64,000 nucleotides of DNA from Candidatus Omnitrophota bacterium. Its GTDB lineage: Bacteria > Omnitrophota > Omnitrophia > Omnitrophales > Aquincolibacteriaceae. Position 1 is the stretch's first letter, and the number at the start of each line of letters is the position of its first letter. The DNA lies in NCBI GenBank assembly GCA_043803685.1, contig JAZDJU010000037.1:128001-192000 (forward strand), written 5' to 3'. Under the pieces are notes generated by a model that saw only the letters and a program-made list of their open reading frames with translations, did no database searches and was not told the origin of the DNA. Position numbers and translations under genes: made by a program. Positions 56,460 to 64,000 of the stretch are shown piece by piece.

Positions 56460-57791
56460 ATGGCACGCCCAAGTCTTTGCTTTCCCTTCCTTAAGGGCGA
56501 CTTGGACAGCCCCAATCTCAGAAAATCTTCGATTGATAGGTATTGGGACCGCCTAGGTCTTTGTTTTCCTTGTAGGTCTTGGGACCGCGCGTCGCGTTCC
56601 TTTTTCTGGGCCTTCCTCCTTGTCTCCTTTCTAGGCTTCGTCCCTATTTCCTTGGCGGAAACAGCATCGAGCGCGGAGCTGGAAGGCGTTCTCCGGAAGA
56701 TCGAGTCCCGGCATTACCGCTGGATCGCGATCCGCGCGGATGTACTCCTCTTTTTCGCGAAAGCCGGAGATCCAAACGCCATGTGCGGCGGCGAGCTTTT
56801 GTACCAACGTCTTGACGAGCGCATGTTCCTGACCTGCGTCGACGCGAAACAGGAGCTGCTTTTCGTCTTTCGCACGTCTGACCGCCGCTTTGATCTTTAT
56901 CTTCCAGGCCAAAACAAGGTCTATCACGGATCGATCTTCGACATGGAAGACTCTCCGGACATTGAAAGCCATCTAAAAGCCCGCGACCTTTACCGGGCGC
57001 TCAAACCGACCGCCGTCGACCCCCGCCGCACACAGATCGAGCGAACCAATTCCGCGATCACGAGTTTGGACGTTTATGGCCGTAACGACAGCGAGAAACT
57101 CCTGGTAAGAAAACTGTACCTGACGCCCGAAGGGGACGTGCGCGGCGAGCTTTTTTACGATCCCAAAGGCCGTCCTGTCACCGAAATCCAGCGCTATGAT
57201 TTTCGCGAACTCCGGGGCCGTAGCGGTCTTTATGATTCCGTGATCTTCCCGAAAAAGATCACGATCTTGTCTCCCGAAACAAAAAAAGGAAGCGCGATCT
57301 TCTTTACCAACGTCACGGCCTTGGATACGGCCGACCCGTTGGATTTCATTCTAAGGGTCCCTCCCGGAACGCAGGAGATCTTCCTGGATGAAAAAGATCC
57401 GCGTTTTCAACGCTCAAAATCATCGGAAAGTGAGGTCCGCCTCGCCCCCAAAGTGGGACGCTTTACTCCCTTGACGCCTGAAAAGGCTCCCAAGAAAGCC
57501 GGAACTGCTCCGCTCTCGCCGCAAAGCGCAAAGATCGCTCCTTTGCCTGCGACCGGAACCAAACCTGTTAAAGAGAACCTTCCCGCTTCCACGAAGGAAA
57601 AACCCACTGAGTTCGAGAGCCCCTCTCCTCAGAGGGAATCCATGAAGCCCTCAACCAAAGCGACGCCGCCCGAAAACCCGGATGCGGACATCGCGCCGGA
57701 AGGCCCGCCTCCGACGGAACCGTCCGCCGCCAACCCTCAAACCACCCTTGATCCGTCTGTACAACCTTCGTTAGAAATGGCCCTTTCTTAA
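56460..57791 (+). CDS. Exported hypothetical protein (beta-rich, possibly LolA-like) with a Pro-rich tail
   Basis: Hydrophobic signal-like segment FFWAFLLVSFLGFVPISLA, globular core, P/T/E-rich C-terminus. The N-terminus overlaps palindromic repeats, so the start is uncertain. Confidence 0.65.
   Translation: MARPSLCFPFLKGDLDSPNLRKSSIDRYWDRLGLCFPCRSWDRASRSFFWAFLLVSFLGFVPISLAETASSAELEGVLRKIESRHYRWIAIRADVLLFFAKAGDPNAMCGGELLYQRLDERMFLTCVDAKQELLFVFRTSDRRFDLYLPGQNKVYHGSIFDMEDSPDIESHLKARDLYRALKPTAVDPRRTQIERTNSAITSLDVYGRNDSEKLLVRKLYLTPEGDVRGELFYDPKGRPVTEIQRYDFRELRGRSGLYDSVIFPKKITILSPETKKGSAIFFTNVTALDTADPLDFILRVPPGTQEIFLDEKDPRFQRSKSSESEVRLAPKVGRFTPLTPEKAPKKAGTAPLSPQSAKIAPLPATGTKPVKENLPASTKEKPTEFESPSPQRESMKPSTKATPPENPDADIAPEGPPPTEPSAANPQTTLDPSVQPSLEMALS
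56467..56586. repeat. Cluster of REP-like palindromes of the same family as 54007..54134
   Basis: gcccaagtc..gacttggac, cccaat..attggg, cctagg..cttggg. Confidence 0.7.
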
Positions 57792-58057
57792 AAACTCTTT
57801 TTCAGGAAATATCCGGGCGTTGTCGAGCCTAAACCCTCATTAATAAACTCCTCGCGGTCCCTTTGTTTTAAAAACCATTCGAATCGTTCCGCCCTTTTTA
57901 TATATTTACTGCAGACCCTCGCTTATTGTGCTAGTTTGTTATCGTTTGAGCGAAAACTTTAGAGATGCGTCCATGCCCATCCGTCTTGGCCCGCGGTCTC
58001 TGATCGTGCAACCAAAAACAGCGCAAAGGGTGTTCCCTATCGAAAGGTGGGTTTAAA

Positions 58058-59299
58058 ATGATCGCTCAAAATCCAGGAAACTTTTGGCCGGTACTTGTTT
58101 TAGCTCTGTCCCTTTCGTTGTTCAGCGCCTGTGATCAAAAAATCAAGGCCGTGGGAGATCCAACCCAGACCCAGGGGATCACGGATACTGAAATATTGCT
58201 CGGAAACTCTTCCCCCCAGTCGGGACACGCCCAGCATCTCGGCACCCACTATCTTCGCGGGGCCATGGTTTTTTTTGAGGATCTGAATAGCCGCGGCGGT
58301 ATTTTGGGAAGAAAGATCCGTGTGATCAGTTACGATGACCAATACGATCCTTCCCATTGCGTTTTGAATACGCAAAAGCTCATAGGACAGGATAAGGTAT
58401 TCGCCCTTTTTAACTACGTGGGAACTCCCACGACCATAAAAATTTCTCCTATCGTCGAGGAATCGAAGATCCCTCTAGTGGGCGTGTTTTCGGGCGCGGA
58501 TGTCCTGAGAAACCCTGTCAAAAAATATATTTTTAACATTCGCAGTTCGTATTCTATGGAAGTCGATCAAACCGTAATGCATTGCGTAGATGATCTTGGA
58601 TTTAAAAAACTAGCAGTTTTTTATCAGAATGATGCTTTCGGAATCGACGTTCTCAAGGGAATCGAGACCGCATTGAAACGCTACAAACTGAAGCCGGTCG
58701 TCACGGAAAGCTACGAACGCGGGACCCTGAATGTGGAACGCGCCGCCAAGAGCATCCTGACATCGGGCGCTGACGCGGTGATCATGGCAGGCCTCTACAG
58801 CCCCTGCAGTAAATTCGTCCGGCTTATGAAAGATGCCGGCTCCTCCATGATCTTTTTCAGCAGTTCCTTTGTGGGCGCGGAGGAGTTCGCGAAAGAACTC
58901 GGAGAAAAAGACTCTACCGGCGTGATCATTTCACAAGTGGTCCCTCCGCCCAGCTTCGACGTGTTAAGCACCGTCAGAAATTATAAGAAGCTCAGCAAAC
59001 GCTATTTCCCCGAGAGCCAGCCCGACATCGTTGCTTTGGAGGGTTTTGTCAACGCAAAGGTTATCGCGGAAGGCCTCAAAAGGGCGGGAAAGGACCTGTC
59101 GCGGGAAAAATTCGTCCAAGCGCTCGAATCCCTGCATGATTACTCCGGCGGCATTGGGAACCCGATCGATTTCAGCGAGAGCAATCATAGTGGGCTTAGT
59201 TACGTTTTTTTCACGAGGATCAAAAATGGGGATCTCGTGTTTTTTGATGATTGGCAGGAAATCAAAAACGAGATGGCCCTAGTCCCGCGTGATATTTAA
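58058..59299 (+). CDS. Periplasmic substrate-binding lipoprotein (LivK/Peripla_BP_6 type)
   Basis: Lipobox LFSAC, YDDQYDP, VGTPT, FNIRSSY, FYQNDAFG, ALEGF. Confidence 0.85.
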   Translation: MIAQNPGNFWPVLVLALSLSLFSACDQKIKAVGDPTQTQGITDTEILLGNSSPQSGHAQHLGTHYLRGAMVFFEDLNSRGGILGRKIRVISYDDQYDPSHCVLNTQKLIGQDKVFALFNYVGTPTTIKISPIVEESKIPLVGVFSGADVLRNPVKKYIFNIRSSYSMEVDQTVMHCVDDLGFKKLAVFYQNDAFGIDVLKGIETALKRYKLKPVVTESYERGTLNVERAAKSILTSGADAVIMAGLYSPCSKFVRLMKDAGSSMIFFSSSFVGAEEFAKELGEKDSTGVIISQVVPPPSFDVLSTVRNYKKLSKRYFPESQPDIVALEGFVNAKVIAEGLKRAGKDLSREKFVQALESLHDYSGGIGNPIDFSESNHSGLSYVFFTRIKNGDLVFFDDWQEIKNEMALVPRDI

Positions 59300-59408
59300 A
59301 ATTAGGAGTATGCGGTAGGGCGCCCCATGGCACTCGTTTAAGTGGTTTTGGATCGCATCAAATAAGAAATAGCGCAAAGGGAATTCCCTTTCGAAAGGTG
59401 GGTGTAAA

Positions 59409-60632
59409 ATGATCGCTCAAAATCCAGGAAACTTTTGGCCGGTGCTTGTTTTGACTCTGTCCCTTTCGCTCTTCAGCGCCTGTGATCAAAAAATCAAGCC
59501 GGTGGGAGATCCGACCCAGACCCAGGGGATCACGGAAACCGAAATATTGCTCGGGAACTCTTCCCCCTTCACAGGACACGCCCAGCATCTCGGCACCCAC
59601 AACCTCCGCGGGGCCATGATTTTCTTCAATGACCTGAATAGCCGCGGCGGGATCAACGGGAGAAAGATCCGGGTGATCAGTTACGATGATCAATACGATC
59701 CGCCCCAGTGTGTTCTGAACACTCAAAAGCTCCTAGGACAGGATAAGGTATTCGCCCTCTTCAACTATTTCGGATCCCCCACCACCCTCAAAGTTATTCC
59801 GATGCTCGAGCAGACGAAAACCCCTCTGGTCGGTGTGTTTTCAGGTGCGGATTTTTTGAGAAATCCTGTAAAAAAATATATTTTTAACATCCGTGGCTCG
59901 TATCATCTGGAAACCAATCGAGCCGTGATGCATTTCGTCGAGGACCTTGGATTCAAAAAGCTCGCGGTTTTTTATCAAAATGATGCCTTTGGGATCGACG
60001 GCCTCAAAGGAACCGAGATCGCGCTTGCGCACTATGGTCTGAAACCGGTCGCCGCGGAAAGTTATGATCGTGGGGCCCTGAATGTGGAGAACGCCGCCGA
60101 GATCATCCGCCAATCAGGCGCGGAGGGGGTGGTCATGGTCGCGCTCTACGGGCCAGCCAGTAAATTCATTAAACTCTTGAAAGACGCCGGCTCCCCGATG
60201 ATCTTCTACGTAGTGTCTCCTGTGGGGACTTCTGAGCTTGTGAAACAACTGGGGGATAAATACAGCGACGGAGTGATCATCTCGCACGTAGTGCCGTCCC
60301 CCGACCTTGACGTGTTAAGCTCCGTCCGGGAGTATAAAATGCTCAATGAGCGCTATTATCCCGAAAGCCAGCCCAACGTTGTCGCTTTGGAGGGTTATGT
60401 CAATGCCAAGGTGATCGCGGAAGGCCTCACGCGGGCCGGTAAGGATCTCACACGAGAGAAGTTCGTCCAAGCGTTGGAGTCCTTGCGTGATTACTCTTGC
60501 GGCATCGGGAACCCGCTCAATTTCAGCGCGGAGAATCATGAAGGGATCAAATCCGTCTTTTTCACAAAGATCGAAAAAGGAGAACTTGTATTTATTTCGA
60601 ATTTCCGGGAAGTCATGGAAGGCAAGGTTTAG
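59409..60632 (+). CDS. Periplasmic substrate-binding lipoprotein, tandem paralog of 58058..59299
   Basis: Same motifs. 5' region and upstream DNA are near-identical at an offset of 1351 nt. Confidence 0.85.
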   Translation: MIAQNPGNFWPVLVLTLSLSLFSACDQKIKPVGDPTQTQGITETEILLGNSSPFTGHAQHLGTHNLRGAMIFFNDLNSRGGINGRKIRVISYDDQYDPPQCVLNTQKLLGQDKVFALFNYFGSPTTLKVIPMLEQTKTPLVGVFSGADFLRNPVKKYIFNIRGSYHLETNRAVMHFVEDLGFKKLAVFYQNDAFGIDGLKGTEIALAHYGLKPVAAESYDRGALNVENAAEIIRQSGAEGVVMVALYGPASKFIKLLKDAGSPMIFYVVSPVGTSELVKQLGDKYSDGVIISHVVPSPDLDVLSSVREYKMLNERYYPESQPNVVALEGYVNAKVIAEGLTRAGKDLTREKFVQALESLRDYSCGIGNPLNFSAENHEGIKSVFFTKIEKGELVFISNFREVMEGKV

Positions 60633-60742
60633 CGCCGCATGAGAATTTAAATGAAGGGGACGCGATACAGCCCTTGTGATCCTATATTTTTTTTGAGAAC
60701 AAGTGCTGTTAACCCCTAAGATCAAATGGAGAACAGGACTCA

Positions 60743-63541
60743 ATGGGGATCAGAAAAGCGCTGACGGGAGCGGTGAAAAGCAATCTCCGCGCAAAGATCA
60801 CGCTCTTCTTTGCGGCCATCGTCCTGTTCTTTGCGATCCTCAATGGGGTCGGCACCTCCTCGGTCCTCTCCTCGAGACTGACCCGGGAACTTCTCAGAGA
60901 TAACGTCCTCTTCGCGGAAAGTCTTTCCAAGCACCTCATCGAACCTTTCCTGGCCCGGGATACCGGTAAGATGACGGACAATCTTTTCGATCAGAGATAC
61001 GCCCACAGTTCCTTGGCCTATCTTTTTATCCTGGATGAAAAGAACCAATGCCTGGCTTCGACCTCCCTCGGCAGCGCTCTCGAAGAGGAACTGCGCCTTT
61101 TGAATCCGTTATCACCGGGCCAAACCGAGCATATCCTCCTGGTAACAACCTCGCTCGGCCCTGTTTATGATATCGCTGTGCCTCTAGCCTACGGGCGGGG
61201 CGTTCTGAGGATCGGACTTCTTCGCAAGAATATCGACGATGTCATCCAGGGGGTGCTCGGGATGCTCCTGCTGACCACGATACTCTCGTTCTTTTTTGCC
61301 ATGGTCTTCGTTCATTTTCTTGCCGGAGCTCTAACAAAACCTCTCGACTACTTTAAGCGTTCCGTGCAGCGCATTGGTCAGGGCGACCTGGATACCCGGG
61401 TCGACATCCATACCCGCGATGAGATCGGAGATCTGGCCAGGGCATTCAACCAAATGGCGGTGGATCTTAAAAAATCCAAGGAAGATCTGGAAAAAACAAT
61501 GGTCTCGCATGATTCTTTATTGCAGGAAATTGCGGTGCGCAAAAAAGTCGAGGAAAACCTGGATCGCGTCAGTCAGAGAAATAAGTTGGTCCTGAATTCG
61601 GCGGCGGAGGGCATCCTGGGACTGGACCTGGAAGGCCGCCACACCTTCGTGAATCCGGCTGCGGCCAGCATGCTGGGCTACAAAATGGACGAGCTTCTTG
61701 GTCAGCCAAGTCACAGTCTTTGGCACCATACCCAGCCCGACGGAAATCCGGCCCCCCCAGAAGCCTGCGCGATCCATGCCACTTTTCGGGATGGAGCAAC
61801 ACGTCACGTGTCCGCGGAGGTGTTCTGGCGAAAGGACGGCACCAGCTTCCCCGTTGAGTATACAGCCGCTCCCATTTATGACGAGGGCCAGTTGTCGGGT
61901 GCGGTCGTATTTTTTTCTGACGGCACCGAGCGCCGGCGATTCGCCGAAGCAGAGAATTCCAGGATCGCAGCGGAGTTAGCCAGTAAAGCTAAAAGCGATT
62001 TTTTGGCGGCGATGTCGCATGAGATAAGAACCCCCCTGAGCGCCGTGATCGGTTACGCGGACATTCTTTCCAAAACACCTCTCAATGAGGAGCAAAAAAA
62101 GTACGTCACGACCATGGACTCGAGCGGAAAACTTCTCCTCACCCTGATCAACGATATTCTTGATTTTTCCAAGATCGAGGCCGGTAAGATCGTTCTGGAA
62201 GATGTGTTTTTTGACCTGGAATATCTTATTAAGGACGTCTTTAAGATCGCCTCGACCAAGATCCCGCGGGGGAAGATCACGACCTACGTTGATTTTCACA
62301 AAGAAGCGCCGACCCGCGTCAAAGGCGATCCCACCCGGATGCGGCAGATCTTGCTCAATCTTCTCAATAATGCCATCAAATTCACGCGCCAGGGAGAGAT
62401 CGGACTCACGGTAGAACTCTCGACAGAGACCGCTTCTCCGGAGGAGCCTGTTGTTCTGATGACCGTTAAAGATACGGGCATCGGCATCCCCGCGGATAAG
62501 CGAACTCTTCTTTTCCAGCAGTTTTCTCAGGTGGATGTCTCCACGACGCGAAAATATGGCGGCGCCGGGCTGGGCCTATCGATCTGCAAAGCGTTGATCG
62601 AAAAAATGGGCGGCCGGATCTGGGTCGAGTCCGAGGAAAACGTAGGCAGTGCGTTCAAATTCACAGTGAAGCTCAAGAAGGGCGCGGCTCTGATCGACAG
62701 CTCGGTGTCTTTGTTAACGAAGGAAGAACTGGCGAGCAAAAAGATCCTTATTGTGGATGACAACCGGGTGTCGCAAGAGATCGTGGAGCGATACTGTCGC
62801 GATCTCGGTCTTTCAGTGACCTTTATCGCTTCTTCGGCAAAGGAAGCGATCGACCATCTCCAGGGTCTGGCTGGAACCGGCTCCTTCCCCGACATCCTCT
62901 TAAGCGATATTCGCATGGCAGACATGGACGGCTACCAGCTCGTGGAAAAACTCACGGCTTTGTTTCCGGACTGCGGCATGAAATTCATCGCGATCACATC
63001 GGACCTTTGGCCCGGGGCGTCCCCAAAATCAGAAATGAAAGGTTTCCACGGATTCATTGTTAAGCCGGTGCTCAGAGAGGATCTTGCCGGAGTGATCGGG
63101 ATCATTTTGGGGGACAGGCGACCCGAGAAAAAGATCGTGACGAAGCATACGTTCCATGAACTTGTGTGTAAAAATATGCGCGTCCTTGTCGCCGAAGACG
63201 CGAAAACGAACCGGGATCTTGTCGAGATCTTTTTGACCGGATGGGGTTGCCAGGTGGATTTCGCCGAGAACGGAGAAGAAGCGGTGGAAAAAGTCAGGAT
63301 GAACAAATACGATGTGTGCCTGATGGACCTTCAGATGCCCAAAATGGGCGGGCTAGAAGCCACCCAGATCATCCGCCGGGAGATCTCCAAGGACCTCCCC
63401 ATCATCGCACTGACCGCCGCAGCGACCGACGATATGAAAGCCGCCTGCATGAGTAGCGGCATGACGGACTATGTTCTAAAGCCGATCAATGTGGCGGAAC
63501 TGAAGGAAAAGCTGATCCAACACGGCCGTCCTAGCGCTTAA
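60743..63541 (+). CDS. Hybrid sensor histidine kinase (2 TM, HAMP, PAS, HisKA, HATPase, 2 REC)
   Basis: DEIGDLARAFNQM, FWRKDG, MSHEIRTPL, NLLNNAIKFT, DTGIGI, GAGLGL, ILIVDDN, VAED...MDLQMP. Confidence 0.93.
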   Translation: MGIRKALTGAVKSNLRAKITLFFAAIVLFFAILNGVGTSSVLSSRLTRELLRDNVLFAESLSKHLIEPFLARDTGKMTDNLFDQRYAHSSLAYLFILDEKNQCLASTSLGSALEEELRLLNPLSPGQTEHILLVTTSLGPVYDIAVPLAYGRGVLRIGLLRKNIDDVIQGVLGMLLLTTILSFFFAMVFVHFLAGALTKPLDYFKRSVQRIGQGDLDTRVDIHTRDEIGDLARAFNQMAVDLKKSKEDLEKTMVSHDSLLQEIAVRKKVEENLDRVSQRNKLVLNSAAEGILGLDLEGRHTFVNPAAASMLGYKMDELLGQPSHSLWHHTQPDGNPAPPEACAIHATFRDGATRHVSAEVFWRKDGTSFPVEYTAAPIYDEGQLSGAVVFFSDGTERRRFAEAENSRIAAELASKAKSDFLAAMSHEIRTPLSAVIGYADILSKTPLNEEQKKYVTTMDSSGKLLLTLINDILDFSKIEAGKIVLEDVFFDLEYLIKDVFKIASTKIPRGKITTYVDFHKEAPTRVKGDPTRMRQILLNLLNNAIKFTRQGEIGLTVELSTETASPEEPVVLMTVKDTGIGIPADKRTLLFQQFSQVDVSTTRKYGGAGLGLSICKALIEKMGGRIWVESEENVGSAFKFTVKLKKGAALIDSSVSLLTKEELASKKILIVDDNRVSQEIVERYCRDLGLSVTFIASSAKEAIDHLQGLAGTGSFPDILLSDIRMADMDGYQLVEKLTALFPDCGMKFIAITSDLWPGASPKSEMKGFHGFIVKPVLREDLAGVIGIILGDRRPEKKIVTKHTFHELVCKNMRVLVAEDAKTNRDLVEIFLTGWGCQVDFAENGEEAVEKVRMNKYDVCLMDLQMPKMGGLEATQIIRREISKDLPIIALTAAATDDMKAACMSSGMTDYVLKPINVAELKEKLIQHGRPSA

Positions 63542-63578
63542 GCTCTCCCGCCCTCCCGTAGGCCCGCCCCCTGAAGTG

Positions 63579-63600
63579 AAAAGGTTCTCAGCGAGAACTT
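63579..63600 (-). terminator. Possible intrinsic terminator after phoU
   Basis: Minus strand aagttctc-gct-gagaacc followed by tttt, between convergent genes. Confidence 0.35.
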
Positions 63601-64000
63601 TCAGTTCGCCTCGAAGTGATGGCGGACTTCCTTCCCCTGCTTCAAGTAGATGGTATCTTCGGCGATATTGTTCGAGAGATCCGCAATGCGCTCAAGATTG
63701 CGGCCGATCATGACAACGCTTAGAGCCCGGCGGACCGTCTGGGGGTCCTTTTCCATCAACTCGGACATATCCAGATAGAGCTTGTCGTTGTAATCATCAA
63801 TCTTGTCGTCGCTTTCCAGGACCTTGCGCGCGAGGTCGACATTCTCATTCATGAAACAATCCAAAGCATCCCGGACCATTTTTTTGACCGCTTCAGCCAT
63901 GCGTTCCAACGGAAAATCCATTTTAAGCGGCGGTTGCCCGATCAAGTATTGGCTTTTTTCCGCGATATTGACCGCGTGATCGCCCATGCGTTCCAGATCG
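63601..64000 (-). CDS. phoU: Phosphate signalling protein PhoU (partial, 5' end outside the window)
   Basis: DLERMGDHAVNIAE, DDKID, RNLERIADLSNNIAE, G.EVRH. Confidence 0.92.
   Translation of the reverse strand, partial: DLERMGDHAVNIAEKSQYLIGQPPLKMDFPLERMAEAVKKMVRDALDCFMNENVDLARKVLESDDKIDDYNDKLYLDMSELMEKDPQTVRRALSVVMIGRNLERIADLSNNIAEDTIYLKQGKEVRHHFEAN

Noticed and set aside
1..64000. Apparent abundance of GATC/CGATCG
   Set aside because: Not quantified, and plausibly explained by ATC/GAT codon preference. It needs a Markov-model test before any claim.

Overview
Bacterial chromosomal window with two parts. (1) Positions 1-40.2 kb are a single-strand (minus), tightly coupled surface-glycan or glycolipid biosynthesis cluster. 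It encodes a WecA/MraY-type initiating transferase, GT2 and GT4 glycosyltransferases, a GT-C (ArnT-like) transferase, a Wzm/Wzt ABC exporter whose Wzt carries a ~690-aa triple-repeat extension, an NDP-sugar epimerase, a UDP-galactopyranose-mutase-like flavoprotein, a YdjC/HpnK deacetylase and three SGNH-type proteins. It also encodes 12 radical SAM enzymes (4 cobalamin-binding, 8 with SPASM/twitch-like Cys-rich tails), two of them fused to GT2 domains. The cluster shows recent duplication, domain shuffling and several decayed gene relics. My best candidate for an undescribed system is this radical-SAM glycan-tailoring assembly line with its unusual Wzt. (2) Positions 40.3-64 kb hold signalling and housekeeping genes: a CHASE2-GGDEF cyclase, nrdJ with tandem NrdR boxes, mnmE, folC, purH, a class IV aminotransferase, a pabB/trpE-like gene, DUF1015, a tRNA-binding protein, ino1 plus a CDP-alcohol phosphatidyltransferase, two duplicated substrate-binding lipoproteins next to a hybrid histidine kinase, and a partial phoU. 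This part carries three families of short palindromic or heptamer repeats, some inserted in frame into genes. The gene repertoire resembles Candidatus Omnitrophota/PVC genomes, but that is an unverified impression. No rRNA, tRNA, CRISPR array or transposase was seen. All functional calls come from motif reading only; no database searches were run.
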